Source: a bacterium
GTDB taxonomy: Bacteria; Electryoneota; Electryoneia; Electryoneales; Electryoneaceae
Length of the DNA stretch: 64,000 nucleotides
Reading direction: 5' to 3'
Assembly: GCA_963675295.2 (NCBI GenBank)
Contig: CAXXKJ010000002.1
Location: 672,001-736,000, forward strand
The first letter of the stretch is position 1. Each line of letters opens with the position of its first letter. A program made the position numbers and the translations under genes. The notes under the pieces are model-generated. The model had not been told where the DNA came from, did not search any database, and saw nothing but the letters and a program-made list of their open reading frames with translations. This document shows, piece by piece, positions 51,212-59,894 of the stretch.

Positions 51212-51520
51212 ATCAGTTGTCAGTGCTCAGTGATCAGTTGTCAGTGGGCGGTACCTTCTGACCAGTAACCAGCTACATGTGCCCCTGATGGCTGTGCCAG
51301 CAGGGATTGTCCGTCCTCAGTTCGTCCGCGTTTGCAAGCAAACACGGGCACGTTCTCTGGTGTCGTCTGCCCCGACCAGCTTACTGGTCGGGATGATCCG
51401 CGTCCGCCAGCGGACACGGGCACATCTTTTTCAACAGCTGGTCCGACAACCGATTACCGACCACCGACCACCGACCGCAGTCACTGAGAACTGACTACTG
51501 ACCACTGACTACTGACCACT
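51212..51520. repeat. Composite element: TCAGT-type array, two hairpin doublets, CCGACCA/CTGACCA arrays
   Basis: tcagttg tcagtgc tcagtga tcagttg; doublets at 51279-51351 and 51368-51423; ccgacaa ccgatta ccgacca...ctgacta ctgacca. Confidence 0.88.
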
Positions 51521-53605
51521 GTGAATTGCTTCTACCGTCACCGTGCAATCGGTGAGTGGGCAATTGCCGCCGACCGCAACCTCGAGCGCGCCGGCGTACA
51601 GTTGCATCGCGTCCACTCCGGTCCGTCGTGACGGGGCATAAGCCGGTTCATCATTCCGGAACCCACGCAGCAGGAAGATGGCGTCCTCGCTCAGGTACGG
51701 GTCGCGCTTCGCGATGCCGCGCTGGTCGATGGTGCCGTTGTGGACGAGGACAGGGTCGCCGTCCGTGATGCCGAGGTCTTGCGCCCGCTTCGTCGGGATG
51801 TGGATCGGGTTGGTTGCGGCCAGTTCATCCAGCAACGAGTTCGCACCACTGCCGCCGGGTTCAACCTGTGCGGGCCCTTGTCCGCTGATCACCTTGAAGT
51901 GGTTGCCGGTCATGTGCTGCGGGTTCGAGCACGGCGCCCAGCAGACGACATTCACCTGCTTCAGGTCGCCGCACGCCAGCTCGATCTTGCCGGTCCGTTT
52001 CTTGAACTTGAGGCCGTTTCCGCGATCGTGCAGGATCGGTGAAGGCGACAGCTCAACCAGCCCGGTCGCGGCGAAATCGTCCTGGTCAAGCCCACTGCCC
52101 TCGAGTTGCCAGTCGATGTGATCGTCAATCGTCTCGTATGGGAAGTGATGGCCCAGGTTGAGCCGGTTTGCCAGCTCACGGAAGATCCACCAGCGCGGCT
52201 TGCTATCGAAACGTGGTTCGACCGCCTGTTGCCGCAACGCCAGCGCCGGTTTCGCGCCACGGCGTTCGATGATGTTGTCGGTGCGTTCGAGGAACGACGG
52301 TTCCGGCAGGATGAAATCGCTGCGCCACGCGGTGTCGCTGAAGCTGTCATCAATGGTGACAACGAGATCCAGCATCTCCATCGCGCGCTGGAACTCCTCG
52401 CGGTCAGGCAGGGTGCGGAGCGGATCGTGCCGCACGGCGAAGAAAGCCTTCACCTGGTACGGATTCCCACTCTGGATCGCTGCGGGCAGGGTTTGCAGCA
52501 GGCCCCAGCGCTTGTCGAGATGGTGCACCGTGTCGCCGATGCCATCCACACGATGCGCTTCCGGATCCTTCGGCAGCGAGCTGAGCTGACGGACCTCGAC
52601 ACCGGCGTCCGCCGCCGACTTGGCGAAGATCAACCCGCCGGGGGCTTCGTAACTGCCGAGCAGTGCGTTCAATGCGTACAACGCCCGGCGGAAGTAGTAG
52701 TCGTTGCGTCCCCACGCCGTGGTGTGGCCGGGGTGGACGATCACCTGCGGTGCGGCATCGGCCAGTTGCCGTGCGAGGGTGACCAGCTCTTTCGCCGGGA
52801 AGCCGGCCATGGTCTGGGCGAACTCGGGGGTGAAGGCGGCGGTTGCGCCACGGAGGTCGTCCAGTCCGTTCACCCAGCGCTCGACAAACTCGACGTTGTA
52901 CAGCCGCTCTTTCAGCAGCACGTGGATCAGACCCATTACGACCGAGTAGTCGGTATGCGGCCGGATGACGTGAAAATCGGTTGCCTTGGCGGCGGTGTTG
53001 TTCCAGCGGACATCGACGTAGCTGAACCGTCCGCGACGGCTGAGCAGGTCAACGATTTGATGCGCTTCGTCTGTGCGTACCGAATCGAAGATCGCACGGC
53101 CGAAGGACAGCAGGTGCTTGCAATTCTCGTAATCGTAGACGACATCATCCCTGCTGAGGCCGGTCATCGACATGTGCGCGTTATGAGCCGAGATGCCGCC
53201 AGTGGTTTCGTCGTCGAACGCGTTGGGGGAACCGTACGCCGCGAGGAAGGTGCGTTGGAACTCGTTGAACGGGCCGCCGTGATCGGCGAGCACCAGCGAT
53301 TTCGCGCCGTGTATCTGCTTGAACGCCGCCAACCGGTCGGCGATCCGGTCGAGGGTCTCATCCCACGATATCCGCTTCCAGTTGCCGGATCCGCGCGCGC
53401 CATCTCGCATCATCGGATACTGTGGCCGGTTGTCATCGTAGAGGAAAGCTTTCGCCGCCGCGCCTTTCGGGCACAACGCTCGTGAACCGATTGGGGAATG
53501 CGGATTGCCCCAGAGATGCCGCACTCGGCCATCCTGCACCTCAATTTCGATCGGGCAGTGGGCGGCACAGGAATCGCAGAGGCTGTAGACCGTTTTGTTG
53601 TTCAT
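51509..53605 (-). CDS. Molybdopterin oxidoreductase catalytic-subunit homolog (PsrA/PhsA-like), no Tat signal, active site degenerate
   Basis: N-terminal CDSCAAHC...CPKG Fe-S motif; 'WKRISWDE', 'IRPHTD', 'SDTA..SDFILPE.SFLER'. Confidence 0.88.
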   Translation of the reverse strand: MNNKTVYSLCDSCAAHCPIEIEVQDGRVRHLWGNPHSPIGSRALCPKGAAAKAFLYDDNRPQYPMMRDGARGSGNWKRISWDETLDRIADRLAAFKQIHGAKSLVLADHGGPFNEFQRTFLAAYGSPNAFDDETTGGISAHNAHMSMTGLSRDDVVYDYENCKHLLSFGRAIFDSVRTDEAHQIVDLLSRRGRFSYVDVRWNNTAAKATDFHVIRPHTDYSVVMGLIHVLLKERLYNVEFVERWVNGLDDLRGATAAFTPEFAQTMAGFPAKELVTLARQLADAAPQVIVHPGHTTAWGRNDYYFRRALYALNALLGSYEAPGGLIFAKSAADAGVEVRQLSSLPKDPEAHRVDGIGDTVHHLDKRWGLLQTLPAAIQSGNPYQVKAFFAVRHDPLRTLPDREEFQRAMEMLDLVVTIDDSFSDTAWRSDFILPEPSFLERTDNIIERRGAKPALALRQQAVEPRFDSKPRWWIFRELANRLNLGHHFPYETIDDHIDWQLEGSGLDQDDFAATGLVELSPSPILHDRGNGLKFKKRTGKIELACGDLKQVNVVCWAPCSNPQHMTGNHFKVISGQGPAQVEPGGSGANSLLDELAATNPIHIPTKRAQDLGITDGDPVLVHNGTIDQRGIAKRDPYLSEDAIFLLRGFRNDEPAYAPSRRTGVDAMQLYAGALEVAVGGNCPLTDCTVTVEAIHSGQ

Positions 53606-53982
53606 GGGCGGGAGTTCCAGCGTAAGCGAGTTCGTGAAATGTTTCTCATTCTTGCGAGTTGATGTCATCGTATCACCGTGCAACTGCCGCATTGCCCGCG
53701 GCTGTTCATGAACAGGCATTCGTCTTATCGCGGGAAACAGCTTAAGAACACGGAAGATTGTGGAGAATATAACAAGCCTCTCTGTGGCACGGGTTCGGAG
53801 TGGAGTGATTAGGGGAGGTTAATTCGAAAGTTTTCACAAGGTCTCGGCGCTGTGGTGAGTGGGGGACGGATCGTTGATTTTCCCTTGTGCGGCGCGGTTC
53901 CGGAGCACGACATTGCGACCAGCCTACCGTTTGGCATGGCGGCAGGTGGTGAGTTCACGAATCAACGGCGGTGACCACGTCG

Positions 53983-56900
53983 ATGTCTGACTCTGTCCAT
54001 ACGCAACCTGAGCTGATACCGCTCGGTTCCTCCGAGTGGCTGGACCGGTTTGTCGAATCGGCGACCGGACTTGCGGCTGCGGAATTGGCGGCGTGGGCGG
54101 ACCGTGCGCATAGCGAAACCGCGGGATTGCTCAAGGCTGCGGAGATCGCGGAGAAACGGATCGCCGCGCCGAAGGGCAAGGCGGACGATCCGGCGCGAGT
54201 GCGGAACGCCGTGATCCAGATCATCGAGCAGATTGAGGACAGCGCGGAGCGGTTGCAGAAAGACGCCGACGCGGTTTTCACCGGTTGGCGTGAGGGCTGG
54301 ACGAAGCAGCTGGCAACATTACCGGAAACCGTCGAACTGGTCGCTGACTGGGACACCTGGTTGCATGAGGCCGGGACTGGTCCGCAGTTCACGTGGTGGC
54401 GGCTGCGTCAACGAACCGCCCGACTGTTCGTCAAGCCCGCGCCACCGTCGTCGGAAGTTGATCCTGCTGAGATCCCTGTCCCGGAAGAAACAACCGGCGG
54501 GGACGAGCCCGACCCTGCCGAGCCTACCCGTGACACGCCGCCAGCATCCTCCGACTCAGGCCAGCAACACGGACGGATGATTCCTTTGCGCGCGGTGGTT
54601 GCCGCGACGACCGAACCCTCTACCGGACGGGAATGGGCAGCGACGGCCGCGAAACGGGTTGAGTTGACTGCGAGCTGGCTGCGGGATTTGCGACGGCTGG
54701 TGTTGCAGCTTCGTGACTTGAGCCTGCTGCGTCCGATGGCTCCGCACGACACCGAGGACGGCAACGTCGATCCGGCGTCGATTCCGGGCCGGGTGCGTCA
54801 GCATGCTGAGGAGTGGCAACGGCGGGTGGATGAGCTGGTCGCCGCGGAAACCGAGCGGCTGACCGCAGTGTTCGCCGATCAGATCCGGGCCGATCTTCAC
54901 TTCTGGCCGTGGGCGGGGACCTCGTTGCTGCCGGCAAACCGGTACACGGACACCAGGCTGGAACAACTTCGCACCCAGGTTCAGGCTGCTCAGGACAAGG
55001 CGGTTCTCGCTCCGGGCAATCGTGCGCGTGGGCGATACAGCAACCTGGCGAAGGATCTGCGGCTGGCGTCGTTGCTGATTCAACATGCAAACCTCGCTGC
55101 CGGTGTCGCCGAACGGGCACACAAGCGGTTTGACGAAACGTTGCGCGAACCGTTCGCGAAGACGACCGAGTCGGTGCTGGCGACGTGGGAGAAGGTGAAG
55201 GCAGCTTCCTCGGAATCTCCGGAAACGTTGCACGAGGTGATGCGCGGCTCGGCGGACAAGTTGCTGACCGAAATGCGTTACCGCCGCATGCCTGCCGCGA
55301 TGCAGGCGGTGTTGGAAGTCGGGTTCGAAAAGGTGCTGGCGAAGTATCAGACCAATGTCGAATCGCTGCTCGGCAGCCTGCCGCAGTCGGAGATGCTGTA
55401 TGTCGAAAATGCCGCGGGTGGAAGCAAAACTCACACGATTCCGTTCAAGGAACTGCTGCATCGGGGCGCGTATCTCACCTTCCGCAGCGAGTTCAAGGAA
55501 GCGGAGGAGTGGGTCAAGGAGCGGCAGGGCGATCTGGTGCGCGGGGTTTCTGACCTGGACGATCTGCTCGAGGTGAACATCTCGGCCGGGCTCGACATGC
55601 TGAAGCGCACGGACGGCGCGCCGCCGGACGAACAAGCAATCGAGAGCGCGGTGCAGGGCTTTGGCCGCTTGCACGGGCGGATGAAAGACCTCGAGGCGAC
55701 AGTCGACAAGCTGTCGACGGAAGGGGTGACCCAGTTCGAGGACGTCGCGGTTCGTTTCGAGGAACACCTGATCGAGCTGACCGACAACCAGGACCTCGTG
55801 CGATTGCGGCTGGAGTTGTACCGGGCGGAGTTCCGCACGCAGTTGTGGCACCGTTTCCTGCGAATCGGCGAGCGATCCGGCAAGGGTGTGCGTTGGCTGG
55901 TGACGCAGGCGCCGCGGCTGTTGCTGTGGGGACGGAGTGAAGTGGAACGCCTGCGCCGTCTCGCGGGCATCGGTTCCGACGACGAAGATGCCGCGTCCCG
56001 CCTGACCGCGTTCCTCAAGGACATGGACACGGTGGTCGAGGGGCTGCCGTTCGTGATCCAGCAGTTGTTCAAGATCGCGCCGTTGGAGGATGACCGGTTT
56101 TTCAGCGGACGTGACCGTGAGCTTGGTGTGTTGGCGGGGCAGGTGGAAGCGTGGCGCGCGGGGCGTGTCGCCAGCTGCGCGTTGGCGGGAGAAGAAGGCA
56201 GTGGGCGGACAACGTTGCTGACGATGACGCAACGCACGTTGCTGGCGGATGATGACGTGCGGCAACTGACCCTGACCTACACCATGCTGGATCCCGGTAA
56301 ATTTGTTGGCATGCTGGCTGAACAGCTGGAGATCGGCGACATCCACGACTTTGATGCGCTCGAGCAATACTTGATGGAAAGCGACCAGCGTCGAGTGGTG
56401 ATCGTCGAAAACATCCAGCAATTGTATTTGCGGGTGCTGGATGGGTTCGAGACGCTGGAACGCTTCCTGTTGCTGGTTTCCCGCACCGGGGACAAGGTGT
56501 TGTGGATTCTGTCGTGCGCGTGGCACAGCTGGCAGTATCTCAACCGTGTGCTGAATATCGAGGGCTACATTCAACGTGTGATCAAGCTGGACACGTTGAC
56601 GCAAGAGGAAGTGCGTGCGATTATCGGCCGCCGCCATACGGTCAGCGGGTTCCACCGCGTGTATATCCCGACGAACGAAGACCTGGAGATGCGGCGGTTC
56701 AAGAAAGCCAGGTCGCCGGAGGAACGGAATGAACTTGCCGAGGACCTGTTCTTCCAGCGATTGCAGGGTATCGCGGCGGGTAACATCGCGGTGGCGTTGC
56801 AGTTTTACCTGCGCGCGGTGACCAAGGTGGACGGCGACACGTTGTACCTGACCACGGATGTTCGCCTTGACGAAGCTGCGTTGTCCGGGTTGACAATGGA

Positions 56901-57117
56901 CGAACGCTTCACCCTGGCAGCGGTGGTGCTGCACAGCGGTTTGACCTCGGAAGAGCATTCGCAGGTGTTCCGGCAAGAATTGAACCGGTCGTTGCGTGTG
57001 CTGATGAAGCTGAAGAACATGGGTGTGCTGGTGCAGGTGGATCAGGTGTTCCGGCTGCATCAGACGGTGCATCGTCCGATCCTGCGGGCGTTGCGGGAGA
57101 CGAATGTGTTGCACTGA
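53983..57117 (+). CDS. Large helical protein with C-terminal P-loop NTPase and winged-helix-like domain
   Basis: 'FFSGRDREL', Walker A variant GEEGSGRTT, Walker B variant VVIVEN, 'GNIAVAL'. Confidence 0.75.
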   Translation: MSDSVHTQPELIPLGSSEWLDRFVESATGLAAAELAAWADRAHSETAGLLKAAEIAEKRIAAPKGKADDPARVRNAVIQIIEQIEDSAERLQKDADAVFTGWREGWTKQLATLPETVELVADWDTWLHEAGTGPQFTWWRLRQRTARLFVKPAPPSSEVDPAEIPVPEETTGGDEPDPAEPTRDTPPASSDSGQQHGRMIPLRAVVAATTEPSTGREWAATAAKRVELTASWLRDLRRLVLQLRDLSLLRPMAPHDTEDGNVDPASIPGRVRQHAEEWQRRVDELVAAETERLTAVFADQIRADLHFWPWAGTSLLPANRYTDTRLEQLRTQVQAAQDKAVLAPGNRARGRYSNLAKDLRLASLLIQHANLAAGVAERAHKRFDETLREPFAKTTESVLATWEKVKAASSESPETLHEVMRGSADKLLTEMRYRRMPAAMQAVLEVGFEKVLAKYQTNVESLLGSLPQSEMLYVENAAGGSKTHTIPFKELLHRGAYLTFRSEFKEAEEWVKERQGDLVRGVSDLDDLLEVNISAGLDMLKRTDGAPPDEQAIESAVQGFGRLHGRMKDLEATVDKLSTEGVTQFEDVAVRFEEHLIELTDNQDLVRLRLELYRAEFRTQLWHRFLRIGERSGKGVRWLVTQAPRLLLWGRSEVERLRRLAGIGSDDEDAASRLTAFLKDMDTVVEGLPFVIQQLFKIAPLEDDRFFSGRDRELGVLAGQVEAWRAGRVASCALAGEEGSGRTTLLTMTQRTLLADDDVRQLTLTYTMLDPGKFVGMLAEQLEIGDIHDFDALEQYLMESDQRRVVIVENIQQLYLRVLDGFETLERFLLLVSRTGDKVLWILSCAWHSWQYLNRVLNIEGYIQRVIKLDTLTQEEVRAIIGRRHTVSGFHRVYIPTNEDLEMRRFKKARSPEERNELAEDLFFQRLQGIAAGNIAVALQFYLRAVTKVDGDTLYLTTDVRLDEAALSGLTMDERFTLAAVVLHSGLTSEEHSQVFRQELNRSLRVLMKLKNMGVLVQVDQVFRLHQTVHRPILRALRETNVLH

Positions 57118-57197
57118 TGAGAGATGGAACGATACGTGCCCGTGTCAAAAAACTTGCGGACGCAGATGAACGAAAGCTGGATTGAAGGAGAAGGCTG

Positions 57198-58358
57198 TTG
57201 CTGAGTCGGAGTAACAAGGTGGTCTGGATTGGCGTTCTGCTGGCAGCACTCACTCTGCTGCCGGGCGGGACTCTGTCCGTCGTGTCCGCGCAGGACACCA
57301 CGGCTCAGACGCCGGACTCCGCTTGGCATGCGCCAATCGCTATTTCTCCTCCGATCAACGCTGACACACCCTCATCGGTGGTGGTTGACACGTCCGCTCC
57401 AGCATCGTCATCCCTTCCGCCAGCGACGGAACAGGACAGCGCCACTTCTGCCGTCACGGATTCAACGGTTCAGACTGAACCCTCGGATGTCCAACCCACC
57501 CCAGCGGACACGGCGAACAAGCCCGTGTCTCGTTTGCCGGGCTCGCGGATGTTGGAAGAAGCGCCGGACGTACAATGGTCGATCTCGGCCAGCCGTGTTT
57601 TCTGGGCGTTCGTTGTCTTCATGATCGGGTTTCTCGGCATCAAGTATGCCACCAAGCTGCTCGAATTCATCGCGGAGCGTCGCGCGCGTTCCCGGCTCAG
57701 CATCAAGGCGGCGATCCCGATCCTGCGGATTTCCGGCTGGACCTTCATCCTCTATTTCATCATCGCGAGGGTTTTCGCGCCGCCGATCGAAACGGTTCTG
57801 GCGTTGACGGCGTCGCTGGGTATCGCGGTCGGTTTCGCGGCGCAGGACATTCTGAAGAACATTTTCGGCGGGATCATGATCCTGTTCGACCGGCCGTTCA
57901 GCGTCGGCGACAAGATCCAGATCGGCGACCATTACGGCGAGGTGTTGAGCATCGGTTTGCGTACGGTTCGTCTCGTGACGCCGGACGATTCCGTGGTCTC
58001 GGTTCCGAACGCCGAAGTCGCCGCGCAGTCGGTGTCGAACGCAAACTCCGGCGCATCCGACTGCCAGGTGGTGGCGGAGTTCTTCCTCACGCCGAATGTC
58101 GACCTCGCGGCGGTGGAGCGGGTGGCCATGCGTGCCGCACAAATCAGCCGCTACACCTACCTCAACAAGCCGGTCGCGGTGATGATAAAAAACGAGATGC
58201 ACGAAGGCCGTTCGCTGATCAAGGTGCGGCTCAAGGCGTACGTGTTTGATCACCGTTACGAGTTTGCGCACATCACCGACATGAGCCGGATTGTGATGGA
58301 CGAGCTTATTCAGCGCGGGCTTGTCAATCCACAGGAACTGGCGATGATGAAGATGTAA
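57198..58358 (+). CDS. Small-conductance mechanosensitive channel (MscS family) with S/T/P-rich N-terminal extension
   Basis: 'GIAVGFAAQDILKNIFGGIMILFDRPFSVGDKIQIG..YGEV..IGLRTV...D.SVVSVPN'; start uncertain. Confidence 0.92.
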   Translation: MLSRSNKVVWIGVLLAALTLLPGGTLSVVSAQDTTAQTPDSAWHAPIAISPPINADTPSSVVVDTSAPASSSLPPATEQDSATSAVTDSTVQTEPSDVQPTPADTANKPVSRLPGSRMLEEAPDVQWSISASRVFWAFVVFMIGFLGIKYATKLLEFIAERRARSRLSIKAAIPILRISGWTFILYFIIARVFAPPIETVLALTASLGIAVGFAAQDILKNIFGGIMILFDRPFSVGDKIQIGDHYGEVLSIGLRTVRLVTPDDSVVSVPNAEVAAQSVSNANSGASDCQVVAEFFLTPNVDLAAVERVAMRAAQISRYTYLNKPVAVMIKNEMHEGRSLIKVRLKAYVFDHRYEFAHITDMSRIVMDELIQRGLVNPQELAMMKM

Positions 58359-58366
58359 GCCGGGAT

Positions 58367-58628
58367 TGCGGGCTACGGGCTACGGGCTACGGGCTGCGGT
58401 CGGCGGTGGAGTAACGAAACGTGCCCCAGACATTTGTGTCTGGGACATACAACTGTTTGAACCTGTTCTTGCCCGTGTTGGCTTAACAACGCGGGTAGCA
58501 GTTTGTTCCTCCGGCCCAGTCCAGTATGGACAACCCACGACATTCATGTCGTGGGCATGAAAATGCCACGGACTGAAGTCCGTGGCAAAGTGGTTTTACT
58601 CATCACTCACCACTCGTTACTCAGCACT
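58367..58628. repeat. Composite element: CGGGCTA array, RTGCC hairpins, CTCACCA-type array
   Basis: (cgggcta)x3 plus cgggctg; hairpins at 58421, 58470, 58534 and 58563; ctcatca ctcacca ctcgtta ctcagca. Confidence 0.88.
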
Positions 58629-58638
58629 TTCCCTCCCC

Positions 58639-59334
58639 CTACTTCTTTTCGAACACCGTCTTGTAAACAAACCCGGCGAGGATCGCCCCGACAATCGGTG
58701 CCACCCAGAACAGCCACAGTTGCCCCATTGCCGCGCCCCCTGCGAACACCGCGACGCCGGTGCTGCGTGCCGGGTTGACCGATGTGTTGGTCACTGGAAT
58801 GCTGATCAGGTGGATCAGAGTCAGCATCAGGCCGATGGCGAGTCCGGCGAATCCGGCGGGAGCGCGTTTGTCGGTCGCGCCCATGATCACCAGCAGGAAC
58901 ATGAAGGTCATCACCACTTCGCAGACCAGCGCCGCCAGCATCGAATAACCGCCCGGGGAATGGTCGCCGTAGCCGTTTGACGCGAACCCGCCGACCTCGA
59001 AACCCGCTTTGCCGGTGGCGATGACATACAGCACCAACCCGGCGACCAGCCCGCCGACCACCTGGGCGATGATGTACGGGATCAAGTCTTTCGCGGGGAA
59101 CCGTCCGCCACTCCACAACCCGAACGATACCGCCGGGTTGAAGTGGCCGCCGGAGATGTGGCCGAGCGCGTACACGCCGGTCAGCACTGTCAATCCGAAC
59201 GCCAGCGACACGCCGACAAACCCGATTCCCAGTTGCGGGAATGCTGCCGCCAGCACCGCGCTGCCGCAGCCGCCAAGAACCAACCAGAAGGTGCCAAAGA
59301 ATTCCGCTGTCAACCGTTGAGGCATGCTAGCCAT
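58639..59334 (-). CDS. aqpZ: Aquaporin Z
   Basis: '[21 protein letters not shown]', '[11 protein letters not shown]', '[19 protein letters not shown]'. Confidence 0.97.
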   Translation of the reverse strand: MASMPQRLTAEFFGTFWLVLGGCGSAVLAAAFPQLGIGFVGVSLAFGLTVLTGVYALGHISGGHFNPAVSFGLWSGGRFPAKDLIPYIIAQVVGGLVAGLVLYVIATGKAGFEVGGFASNGYGDHSPGGYSMLAALVCEVVMTFMFLLVIMGATDKRAPAGFAGLAIGLMLTLIHLISIPVTNTSVNPARSTGVAVFAGGAAMGQLWLFWVAPIVGAILAGFVYKTVFEKK

Positions 59335-59894
59335 GATCGTCCTCCCTCACGCATGTGGATCGGCAACGGTCTCGTCTGGATCAACAGTGTGCACGCGACC
59401 GTTGGACAACGGCAGGCCTCCGCGGCAGGCAGGACAGGGGTAGTTCGTTGGGCGGCGGGGGATGCCTGCGTACGGGTCTCAATATATCGTACGCCAACTC
59501 TCGTCGGTGACAGAATTGAGTGACAAATCATCACCCCGAGTTTCGGTCCTGGCGGCAGGTTTTTCTCCCTCGGGAGCTTGCGATTGCGTGGATCGAGCAG
59601 GGCAACCTATCGGATGGTGAGTATTCACGCTGTTGTTCGTGTACACCGCAATCACCCTGAACAGTTCAGTATTTCAAGATCAAATCCTCAGTTTCACCAG
59701 GTTTCATTCCGTCAGAAACGGCTTCAATTCGCTGAAACCCCTGTCACAGCATGCTTCGAGAGTCCTCCAAACAAAACGCTAACAATTATAAGCAATCTTA
59801 TAAATAGGCTGTGTATTCTTTCGATTTAGTGTTGTGAATCTTCGTTTACGAACGGAGTTTGAGGAGTCGTCAAACAGGTGAGTGAGGTTTTGTG

